A stretch of 64,000 nt of DNA from an uncultured Anaerolineales bacterium (lineage in GTDB: Bacteria; Chloroflexota; Anaerolineae; UBA7937; JACPPX01), in contig CAYGBX010000003.1 in NCBI GenBank assembly GCA_964348195.1, positions 4,789 to 68,788 on the forward strand, given 5' to 3'. The notes beneath the pieces were generated by a model. It saw only the letters and a program-made list of their open reading frames with translations, made no database searches and was not told the origin of the DNA. Shown here piece by piece: positions 56,195 to 64,000 of the stretch (position 1 is the stretch's first letter; the number at the start of each line of letters is the position of its first letter). The translations under genes and the position numbers were made by a program.

Positions 56195-58618
56195 CTACCG
56201 GATCTCGAGGGGCTTCAGCAGCAGCCGATCGCCCACCGGTTCGCCGCCTGCGGTCCGCACGGGCAACCGCTCTCCGGTCTCGAGGAGGTACATTCCCACC
56301 TCAACGGAGTAGCTCCCCCGCGGCGCGTCCAGATCGATCGAAAGGGTGTGGCGATCGCGAATCACCCGCCCTACCGGCCATTGGAAGGTGGGAAGCCCCC
56401 CGCTCAACGGAACCCCATCATGTTGGCCCCACACCGGGCCCTGGGTATCTGGATTGAAAGCCTCACCTACGAGGTGCGTGAAGACCGTATAGCTGCTCGC
56501 CAGTTTTTCGTCTGCCTTCCAGTAGAGATCCAGGTCGATGGTTCCACCCGCTCTAGCGCTGCCACTCACTGAATAGCCCACGAGTTGTATCACCTCCCCC
56601 AAGCGGGCGTCGACCACCTCCCGAGGAAGGGCCTCTGGTGGGAGAGTCGGCGTCTGGACCACCACTTCTCCGAACCACACGCCCGGGGCGCTGGAGGAAG
56701 ACCCGCTCAGGTTGAAGCGGTATCGACCAGGTGGAGTTCGCTCATAGACTCGAAACGAGACCTCCACCCGCTCCGTAGTGCTGCCTCTCGTCATTTCCAG
56801 TTCCCGCATCTCGAGGATCTGGCCTTCATCGTGTACCAAGGCGAGCGTCAAGGGTACGAGCTTCGGCTCACCCGGACCCGCCACATATATGGCGGCATGG
56901 ATGGTGTCTCCCTCGCGGAACTCGACGGTGGGCAAGTCGTACCCCAGGAACGCGGATCCCAGCCCCAGGTTCTCCCGCAGCGGGTGCTCGATCGGCGCCG
57001 TAGAAGCAACAGCAGGGCGCGACGGATCCGAGGCAAAGAGATTCAGAGCGTTGTGGCCGAATGCCAGACTCATTGGGCGTTCAAAGCGCGCTTCCAGCCA
57101 TGTCACTGCCAACCCCCCAGGATCATCCAGCGGTCCGTCGACGGAGGCCAGCCAGATCCGATTCAGGCCCTCCACCGCGTTCCCCATCTGCCCCTCCAAA
57201 TTGCCGCCGGACAGGGAGGGCGCCCCGTTCGGAACCAGTCGCACCGGCAGGGAAGAGTGTGTGGGCTGCAGGCGCTCGTAGTAGTAGAGGAAGATGGGGT
57301 AGCGGCTGCCGGAGACCAGGACCACGCCATCGCCAGGGCGGGCGTAGGCCGCAATGGTGCGGACCATCGACTGGAGCTCATCCCTCAGATAGCGATCCCC
57401 GTAGTAGCCTGCCAGGCTCCAGCCAAAGGCACCCAACACAAAGAGACCGGCGATGAGCCCAGCCATCCTCTTCCGACGCCAGAGGGCCACAAGGCTCCAG
57501 GCCAGCAGCAGATAGAAGAGCGGAGCGAAGGCCAGGAAATACCGGGCCTCCAGCCGAGGCACATAGAAGAGGGTGCGCGGCAGAAGCAGCAGATACACCA
57601 GAACGAGGGGTAGAACCAGGGCAATGGCCATAAGCCCGAAGGTCTGTAGGCGGAATCCGTCACCTTCCGCTCGGAGCCTACGGAGAGCGAACCATGCCCC
57701 CACTCCTGCGATCGCAGCGAAGAGAAGTCCGGAGGCCCAGTACCGATCGATGTGGGTGGAGATCCCCAGGGTCAGGAGAGTCCAGTAGAGACGCAACACG
57801 AACCCGGGCTCGATCGGCTCCGCCACGGACCAGGTCGGGATCCGTCCCAGCGCCAGCGCCAGCCAAGGGACGAACAGCCCTATCGTCGCCGCCTGGCTGA
57901 CAGTCCACCGCCGCAGAAACGGTCGGGCCGGTCGGGAGCCAGACCGCAGATAGCCGACCATCACCATAAGGTTCTGCACCGCAAGCACCGCCACCGAGAG
58001 GTAGAGGGTGTAGAGGGCTGCCGCGGTAGCCAGGATGTATCCCAACCATAGCCCAAGCGCTTCTTCTCGCCGAAGTCGGAGGAAGAGATAGACTGATGCC
58101 AACGCCAGCAGGGCCCCCAGGATGTACATCCTCATCTCCTGGGACCACCACACGGGGAACCGAGCAGTCGCCACCAGGAGAAGTGCGAGATTGGCCGCCT
58201 CCCGGCTCAAGAACATCCTCGCCAGCACGTAGAGGACCGCCACCAAGAGCACACCGAAGATCACGGAGAGGAACCGTACGGCGAACTCGCTCTCTCCGAC
58301 GGCGCGGATCCACGGCCAGAGAAACCAGAAGAAGAGCGGTGGGTGGACGTCCCCCGCTGTCCAGAGGGTCATCTCCGCGAACGGTTTGCGGGCCGCCCAC
58401 ACAGCCAGGCCTTCGTCCCACCAAATGTTCTTGGCCCCAAGCCGGTAGGTCCGAAGGGCGAAGGCGATCCATACCAGGGCGACCGCAGCCGATCTCGAGA
58501 CCGCGAAGCTCTGGACCCAAGCCGCTCTGCTCCAGCTCACAAGTAGGTTTCTGGGGGAACGCGCCGCCGCCACTGCAGAAGGCGAAGCAGGCCGATCACC
58601 AGACCAAAGGCGCCCCAA
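56195..58618 (-). CDS. GT-C glycosyltransferase, family 39/ArnT-PMT-like (paralogue), with C-terminal repeat modules
   Basis: LRTYRLGAKNIWWDEGLAV...DVHPPLFF. The C-terminal module contains IDLDLYWKA...YTVFTHL...PRGSYSVEVGMY. The start is uncertain. Confidence 0.75.
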   Translation of the reverse strand: MGRLWSGDRPASPSAVAAARSPRNLLVSWSRAAWVQSFAVSRSAAVALVWIAFALRTYRLGAKNIWWDEGLAVWAARKPFAEMTLWTAGDVHPPLFFWFLWPWIRAVGESEFAVRFLSVIFGVLLVAVLYVLARMFLSREAANLALLLVATARFPVWWSQEMRMYILGALLALASVYLFLRLRREEALGLWLGYILATAAALYTLYLSVAVLAVQNLMVMVGYLRSGSRPARPFLRRWTVSQAATIGLFVPWLALALGRIPTWSVAEPIEPGFVLRLYWTLLTLGISTHIDRYWASGLLFAAIAGVGAWFALRRLRAEGDGFRLQTFGLMAIALVLPLVLVYLLLLPRTLFYVPRLEARYFLAFAPLFYLLLAWSLVALWRRKRMAGLIAGLFVLGAFGWSLAGYYGDRYLRDELQSMVRTIAAYARPGDGVVLVSGSRYPIFLYYYERLQPTHSSLPVRLVPNGAPSLSGGNLEGQMGNAVEGLNRIWLASVDGPLDDPGGLAVTWLEARFERPMSLAFGHNALNLFASDPSRPAVASTAPIEHPLRENLGLGSAFLGYDLPTVEFREGDTIHAAIYVAGPGEPKLVPLTLALVHDEGQILEMRELEMTRGSTTERVEVSFRVYERTPPGRYRFNLSGSSSSAPGVWFGEVVVQTPTLPPEALPREVVDARLGEVIQLVGYSVSGSARAGGTIDLDLYWKADEKLASSYTVFTHLVGEAFNPDTQGPVWGQHDGVPLSGGLPTFQWPVGRVIRDRHTLSIDLDAPRGSYSVEVGMYLLETGERLPVRTAGGEPVGDRLLLKPLEIR

Positions 58619-58830
58619 CCCCCGAGAGATCTGAGCCTCGATCGCCGAACCACCACCCGTAGCGGCAGTCGGTCCTCATACCCACGGAGGATATCCACCG
58701 TCCCATCCATTGAGCCTTCATCGACCACCACCAGGTGATCCGGCGGATGCGGCTGCCCCACAAGTGACTCCAGTAGCGCTCGGGCTTTCTCCGCCTCGTC
58801 CTTCACGGTGGCCACCGTGATGACCCGCAT
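58537..58830 (-). pseudogene. Truncated family-2 glycosyltransferase remnant (N-terminal ~55 aa only)
   Basis: MRVITVATVKDEAEKARALLESLVGQPHPPDHLVVVDEGSMDGTVDILRGYEDRLPLRVV parallels the first 60 aa of the GT2 at 52659-53630. It then degenerates and runs into the 5' end of the next gene. Confidence 0.55.
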
Positions 58831-58847
58831 TCTCCGTCCAGCCCCCT

Positions 58848-60584
58848 CTAGAGAGTAGCTCTCGAGGCCCGCCACCGCTGTAGCCAGGCCGCAACTCCGA
58901 GCAATCCCATGATGCCGAAGCCCACTATAGCCACGCGCGTCACCTCGGGGCCTGGATTCCGGCGGACAATCACGCCATCGATCGAGATGCTACCGCTCTG
59001 GACCGTCATCTCAAGAGAGTGCTCTCCATAGGGCAGGCCCTGGGCCACGACCACCTCACCCACCTCAGCGGCCTGCTCCAGAGTCCGCCTCGTGTTGTCG
59101 ACCACCAGTTCGACGGATCCCCGAGCGGGCCCGAAGACCAGGCTCAGATCCGTTCCCGAGAACCGGAAGGACAACCGATCTCCGGCCGCACCGCTCCGAC
59201 GATACCCCCCGAGGACCGCATCTCGATCCAGCACATCCTCCCACGCGCCATCGTAGATCAACGCCCAGTGGTCCTCCTGTCTGTAGCCCAGGCCCAGGAC
59301 AGGCACCTGGGAGGCCAGCTCGCTGAGTGAGTCATAGACCGGAAGGGGCTCAAGATCTGGCTCCAACATCCGGAAATAGTAGAAAGGCTGATCCGCCTCC
59401 CGGTCGGAAGCCCGTTTGAGAAACCAATAGCTCATGGGCCCCATCCAAGGCCACTCCGCCTGTGCCCTCAGGTAGGCTTGCACCGCGTAGGCAGCCTGAC
59501 CCTCCTCGGTGACCCGACCGTAGATGGGATCTCCAGCGAAATACTCGGGCAACGCGTTCCAGCCCATCTCCGATGCCCAGATTGGCTTGGAGCCGTCTCC
59601 GTTTCGGACCATGATCTCACGCAGGAGGAGCGGGCGAGGGAAATTGGTCCGGGAGGGATCGACCCGTCTGTCGGTCGGTCCCGTCCAAAGCCCGTAGGCC
59701 TGAGCCGACATGATGTCGAAACAGGCTGAGGCCCCATGGTCGTACATGGCCTCAAGATAGAGGAGGTCGCTCAGATTCAGGGGACCGGTCTCAATGGTGG
59801 CAGCCAGCGCCGCACTCAGGACCACGGCGCCGGGATCTGCCGCTTTGATCCGGCGCGTGGCTTCACACATAAGATCTGCGTAGGCAGCGGGATCCGGTGG
59901 GTCCCCTCCCCACTCCACCGCCAAGTTGGGCTCGTTCCATATCTGATAGTAGACAATCCGGCCCCGGTATCGCGCTGCCACTGCCTCAGCGAATGCCCCA
60001 AAGTCCGACGCGTCGCTGGGTGGAGACTGAATCACGCCGGGCTTTGCCTCAGTGTCCAGCGCCCAACGTGGAGGCTGGTCGAGACGGGCGATGACCCCCA
60101 GACCACGCTCCACCGCCGCCTCCACGATCCGATCGTACTTATTCCATGCCGAGCGAGCGGGCTCGTGGCGTCGGTCCTCAAAGTCTCCCTGGCCGTGGAT
60201 CTCGATGTCCTCCCAGGGGAACTGCTGGCGGATCCAGGCAAACCCCGCCTCTCGGACTCGGTCCAGGCTTGCTTCCACGACCTCGTAGTCCGGTTCCTGC
60301 TCCAGAAAGGTATTCACACCGTAGGGTTTGGAGCTCGTGTGGTCTATGGGCACCATCGGTTCGGTGCGGAGCGAAGGTTGGGTCAGACGGAGCAGGATAA
60401 GAGCGCCGGCTCCCTTAATCTGTTCACTGAGGGCCGTCTCGCCCGTCCAGTCGAAGAGCGCCTGTCGGAGCCATCCGGCAGCGGGGACGGCCGAGGCGAC
60501 CACCACCACCAAGAGGACTGCGAGGAGCGGATGGAGGAATCTCGGTCTCGGCGTGTATCGGTCTGTCGTCATAGGGCAGGGCAA
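58848..60584 (-). CDS. Membrane-anchored clan-A (GH5/GH39-like) glycoside hydrolase
   Basis: N- and C-terminal TM helices. TIM-barrel blocks FAWIRQQFPWEDIE and YYQIWNEPN (catalytic acid/base NEP). Confidence 0.65.
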   Translation of the reverse strand: MPCPMTTDRYTPRPRFLHPLLAVLLVVVVASAVPAAGWLRQALFDWTGETALSEQIKGAGALILLRLTQPSLRTEPMVPIDHTSSKPYGVNTFLEQEPDYEVVEASLDRVREAGFAWIRQQFPWEDIEIHGQGDFEDRRHEPARSAWNKYDRIVEAAVERGLGVIARLDQPPRWALDTEAKPGVIQSPPSDASDFGAFAEAVAARYRGRIVYYQIWNEPNLAVEWGGDPPDPAAYADLMCEATRRIKAADPGAVVLSAALAATIETGPLNLSDLLYLEAMYDHGASACFDIMSAQAYGLWTGPTDRRVDPSRTNFPRPLLLREIMVRNGDGSKPIWASEMGWNALPEYFAGDPIYGRVTEEGQAAYAVQAYLRAQAEWPWMGPMSYWFLKRASDREADQPFYYFRMLEPDLEPLPVYDSLSELASQVPVLGLGYRQEDHWALIYDGAWEDVLDRDAVLGGYRRSGAAGDRLSFRFSGTDLSLVFGPARGSVELVVDNTRRTLEQAAEVGEVVVAQGLPYGEHSLEMTVQSGSISIDGVIVRRNPGPEVTRVAIVGFGIMGLLGVAAWLQRWRASRATL

Positions 60585-60644
60585 AGCCGACCCGCAGGTG
60601 AGAGCCGTGGAGACCGAAGGAGAATCGGATCGTGTGCGGGGAGA

Positions 60645-61277
60645 CTAACGAGTTGCGACGAAGGTGATGTCAATCCAGTTGCGAGCGCCAGAGTTGCAGT
60701 GATCGTCGCTATCGAACGTAACGACCTCGGAAAGAGGATTGTTGTTGGCATCGACCACAGCGACCCACCACCGCCACCCCATGTTAGTCCCTTGCAGGAA
60801 GAAATCGAAGTTTCCTTCCCCCCCCACCACCTGGATGGGAACCTCTCCCCCGTCCCACCAGACCCGCACACGGGCACCGACAGCTCCCGAGACACCGTCC
60901 TTCTGATAGACGCGTCCTATCGCCCGGGTCTGGTCGCAGTAGGTCGCGAACCCCACTGACGACGCGACGTAGTCGAATTGCGGGGTCGGAGTGGCAGTGG
61001 GCGGCACCGGCGTAGCTGTCGCCGGGAGAGGGGTCTGCGTGGGCGTGGCGGTTGGTTCGGGAGGAGTAGTGGCCGTGGGAGTCGCGGTTGCGGTCACGGT
61101 CGGTGTGTCGGTAGCCGCCGGGGAAGCCGTGTAGGTCGGCTGGAGAGGCCTAGTAGGGCTAGGACTGGGGGTAGGGAGCTCCGCGACAAGGAGCCTGCCT
61201 CCCGCCACAAGCCCAATGGCGGCCCCCAGGAGTAGCCCCACTCCGGCCAAGATCAATGGCAACCGCTGACGAGTCAC
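60645..61277 (-). CDS. Membrane-anchored hypothetical protein with Pro/Thr-rich linker and Cys-containing C-terminal domain
   Basis: N-terminal TM helix, about 70 aa of PT-rich linker (TPTVTATATPTATTPPEPTATPTQTP), and a 110-aa C-terminal domain with two Cys. Confidence 0.5.
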   Translation of the reverse strand: MTRQRLPLILAGVGLLLGAAIGLVAGGRLLVAELPTPSPSPTRPLQPTYTASPAATDTPTVTATATPTATTPPEPTATPTQTPLPATATPVPPTATPTPQFDYVASSVGFATYCDQTRAIGRVYQKDGVSGAVGARVRVWWDGGEVPIQVVGGEGNFDFFLQGTNMGWRWWVAVVDANNNPLSEVVTFDSDDHCNSGARNWIDITFVATR

Positions 61278-61317
61278 CGCCCAATCCCGGCCTCGGCCCT
61301 GGCGAATCCCACTGCGC

Positions 61318-62601
61318 CTACTCCTTGATGTATGGCTTGCCGTCGGCGGCAGGAGGGATGGCCCGCCCTACCACACCGGCCACCACGATGATCGTCACCA
61401 GGTAGGGGGTCATCAGAATGAATTCAGAGGGGATGGGAGTGGCCAGGATTCCCAGTTTCTGCTGCAGCGCTCGCGCGAACCCGAACACCAGGCCCGCGGC
61501 GAGAGCGCCAAACGGTCTCCATCGGCCGAAGATCATCGCCGCCAGCCCGATGAATCCAATGCCGGCAGTCATGTTCTCTTCGAATCGGGAAACCTGGGTG
61601 AGCGAGAGGAACGCCCCGCCTGCCCCCGCGATCATGCCACCCAGGATCACATTCCGGTATCGGGTCCAGTAGACGTCGATCCCGACCGTGTCCGCGGCTC
61701 GCGGGTGCTCACCGACCGATCGTGACCTCAGCCCCCAGCGGGTGTAGAAGAAGCCCAGGTGAAGCAGAACCACCAGGAGAAACGTGGCGTAGATGAAGAG
61801 GTTGTGATTGAAGAACATCGAGCCCAGCACCGGGATGTCGGCGAGGATCGGGATTCGAATCGCGGCGAACTGAGGCGCAGAGTTGAGGTGCTGGGCCTCC
61901 GCGAGAACCCGAGTGGCCAAGAACGAAGTCAACCCAAGAGCGAAGATGTTGATGACCACTCCGGCGATGATCTGATCCACCAGGAAGCGGATCGTCAGCC
62001 ACGCCAGGAAGGCCCCGAGGAGCGCCCCCACCACCAATGCACCGAAGACACCTCCCCAAAGTCCGAATGCGCTTCCCAGAATGGTAGCCGCGAACGCCGA
62101 AGCCAGCATCTGTCCTTCGATCCCGATGTTGATGATCGCCACGCGCTCGCACATTAGTCCGGTCAAGGCACCCAGGGTGACCGGCACCGACAGGATCACT
62201 GTCGAGCGCAGCATCCCAACCATGCTGAACGACTTCCCGGCCGCCGCCCACGCCAGGAAGGCCAGAGCGAAGAACCCTAGTCCCACGGCCAGCATCAGAT
62301 CCGTGCGCTTCACGTTCCAGCGCCGAACCTGTAGCCCGCCCAGGAACGCCAGGACGCCTGCTACCACGAACGCCAGGATCCTGGTATTGACGACCCAGAG
62401 GATGTCGGGGAACCGATCGGTGGGGAAGGCAAGGTTGAAGGTGGCGTCCAGATCCCCCATCACATTCAGACCGAAGGCCCAGAAGACGAGAGCCGCCAGA
62501 ACGATGAGGATGACGCCAACGTAGGTGGCGCGTCGCTCCTCGGGCGTCGCCCTCACTCTGGTCTGAGGAATCAAGCCTTCCGTCGCCATCACTCGGCCCA
62601 A
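61318..62601 (-). CDS. ABC transporter permease (Bmp/nucleoside-simple sugar type, NupQ-like)
   Basis: 427 aa with 8-10 TM segments. Overlaps the upstream permease gene by 13 nt. Confidence 0.8.
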   Translation of the reverse strand: MGRVMATEGLIPQTRVRATPEERRATYVGVILIVLAALVFWAFGLNVMGDLDATFNLAFPTDRFPDILWVVNTRILAFVVAGVLAFLGGLQVRRWNVKRTDLMLAVGLGFFALAFLAWAAAGKSFSMVGMLRSTVILSVPVTLGALTGLMCERVAIINIGIEGQMLASAFAATILGSAFGLWGGVFGALVVGALLGAFLAWLTIRFLVDQIIAGVVINIFALGLTSFLATRVLAEAQHLNSAPQFAAIRIPILADIPVLGSMFFNHNLFIYATFLLVVLLHLGFFYTRWGLRSRSVGEHPRAADTVGIDVYWTRYRNVILGGMIAGAGGAFLSLTQVSRFEENMTAGIGFIGLAAMIFGRWRPFGALAAGLVFGFARALQQKLGILATPIPSEFILMTPYLVTIIVVAGVVGRAIPPAADGKPYIKE

Positions 62602-63812
62602 CCTCTGCTGACCTGAGCCGGCTCCTTCTCGGCACGCCTGACCCTGAAGATGGCTCTCACCAGCTCAGGAGCAGCGATGAACACAATGATGAGCGCCTGG
62701 ATCACAACAACAAGTTCAATCGGAATCTGGGCTGCGGCCTGCATGTTCCGTCCACCCGCCTTCAACGCACCAAAGAGCAGGGCCGCCCAGAGGACACCCA
62801 CCGGATGCGACCGTCCCAGCAGCGCCAGGGCGATGGCATCAAACCCGATCGTGCCTGAGAACCCAGGGGTCACCTGGTACGGCGGAAGCCCCATCACCTG
62901 GTTGGCTCCCGCGATCCCTGCGAGGCCCCCGGAGATCGCCATCACGCCCACGTAGAGCCAAGCCACGTTCATGCCCGCGTATCGGCTGGCGCTCGGGTTC
63001 AAGCCCACTGCCCGGAACTCGAACCCCAGCGAGGACCGAAACAGCAGCCAGTTGACGAAGATAACCGCCGCGAAGGCTATGAAGAGGCCGATCGTGACCC
63101 GGTAGTCGCTGCCGAAGATCGCCGGAAACTGCGCCGAGGGCGGAAGCTTCTCGGAGAGAGGGCTGGCCCTACCGACCTCCTGGAACACTGGGGTCTTCAG
63201 CAAGAACTCGACCAGGCGGAGGGCTACAAAGTTGAGCATGATGGTCGTGATGACCTCATGGGCGCCGGTCCGGGCCTTCAGAAAACCGGCGATCGCGGCC
63301 CACATGGCTCCCCCGAGCACTGCCGCCACAAGAGCCAAGAGAATGTGCGGGCCCGTGGGCAGAGAGATGTGAAGCCCCACCCACATACCGGCCATCCCAC
63401 CGATCAACATCTGACCGTTGGCTCCGATGTTGAACAGCCCGGCTCGGAACCCCAGCGCCACCGCCAGTCCAGCCAGCATCAGCGGGGTGGCGGCAAAGAG
63501 CGTCTCGGACAGTGCGTAGATGGAACCGAAGGCCCCCAGGAGAAGGGCCCTATAGGCCACCCAAACGCCCTCCAGCATCTGGCCGAGGGCACCCGCTGGA
63601 TCTGTGTTCATCACAGCCCAGGCATCGAGGTCCGTCAGTGCGATGACGAAGGCCCCCACAACCAGAGCCACCAGCAGTGCTAGCGCCGGCATCAGCAGCG
63701 CCTGCCCCAGACCAGCTCCGACCCCGGTGGCCCGAGCCAGCACATCGGGCCGCCGGTCCTCCGGCGCCGCTTCCTCCGACCGAGATGGGGGAGAGTCCAT
63801 CGGGTCGCTCAT
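62589..63812 (-). CDS. ABC transporter permease (Bmp/nucleoside-simple sugar type, NupP-like)
   Basis: 407 aa, polytopic. Its ATG overlaps the stop of the upstream ATPase gene (ATGA). Confidence 0.8.
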   Translation of the reverse strand: MSDPMDSPPSRSEEAAPEDRRPDVLARATGVGAGLGQALLMPALALLVALVVGAFVIALTDLDAWAVMNTDPAGALGQMLEGVWVAYRALLLGAFGSIYALSETLFAATPLMLAGLAVALGFRAGLFNIGANGQMLIGGMAGMWVGLHISLPTGPHILLALVAAVLGGAMWAAIAGFLKARTGAHEVITTIMLNFVALRLVEFLLKTPVFQEVGRASPLSEKLPPSAQFPAIFGSDYRVTIGLFIAFAAVIFVNWLLFRSSLGFEFRAVGLNPSASRYAGMNVAWLYVGVMAISGGLAGIAGANQVMGLPPYQVTPGFSGTIGFDAIALALLGRSHPVGVLWAALLFGALKAGGRNMQAAAQIPIELVVVIQALIIVFIAAPELVRAIFRVRRAEKEPAQVSRGWAE

Positions 63813-64000
63813 GTCGTCGCCCCAAGCATGGCCAGACCGATCTCAGTGGTTGTAGCTTTGTCGGGATCGAACTCGCCGACGATCCGGCCTCGATACATCA
63901 CCAGCAGTCGATCGGAGAGGGCCACCACTTCGTCGAGTTCTGAGGAGACGATTAGCACACCCGCGCCTTCGTCCCTCTTCTCCACGATCCGGGCGTGAAC
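63809..64000 (-). CDS. ABC transporter ATP-binding protein, C-terminal end (5' part outside window)
   Basis: The minus strand reads [44 protein letters not shown]..., the distal part of the second ATPase domain of a Bmp-type transporter. Confidence 0.75.
   Translation of the reverse strand, partial: VHARIVEKRDEGAGVLIVSSELDEVVALSDRLLVMYRGRIVGEFDPDKATTTEIGLAMLGATT

Noticed and set aside
59736-60959. 407-aa plus-strand ORF, and likewise 56585..57613 (+) and 61709..62635 (-)
   Set aside because: All are antisense to, or frame-shifted over, confidently assigned genes (the glycosidase, a GT-C gene and an ABC permease). They have His/Arg/Gly-rich nonsense composition.

Overview
High-GC (roughly 60-70% by eye) bacterial chromosomal segment. 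Gene content and protein style suggest a Chloroflexota/Thermomicrobia-like organism, but that is inference only. No rRNA, tRNA, CRISPR array, transposase or integrase was recognised.

Layout:
1. 1-19.3 kb: myo-inositol / glycerol-phosphate catabolic neighbourhood. It holds iolD, iolA, iolE, iolG, a LacD-type aldolase, glpD next to a decayed glpK, three HAD phosphatases (one fused to a menorin/PLC-like phosphodiesterase domain), a MetE-like protein and a CUT1-type ABC sugar transporter.
2. 19.4-24.0 kb: replication module. It holds a DUF151 nuclease, dnaB, a DnaD-domain protein and an internally duplicated two-AAA+ DnaC-like loader.
3. 24.1-32.5 kb: light/UV module. A CarH/LitR-type B12 photoreceptor regulator is present, and matching triple 11-bp direct-repeat operators sit on two promoters. 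One promoter drives a fasciclin lipoprotein gene. The other drives a folE(frameshifted)-uvdE-SDR/DUF2867-TspO-like operon.
4. 32.5-47.5 kb: the classical hrcA-grpE-dnaK / dnaJ-prmA-rsmE heat-shock operon, with CIRCE and a promoter. It is split between dnaK and dnaJ by about 7.4 kb of same-strand cargo.
5. 47.5-61.3 kb: envelope glycan cluster. It holds a WbaP-like priming transferase, GT2 enzymes, three GT-C-type membrane proteins with duplicated C-terminal modules, a GT2 remnant and a clan-A glycosidase.
6. 61.3-64.0 kb: Bmp/nucleoside-type ABC transporter.

Best candidate for an undescribed system: the low-GC four-gene cassette at 40987-43463, immediately behind dnaK. It encodes two PD-(D/E)XK-like and two HEPN-like uncharacterised proteins.
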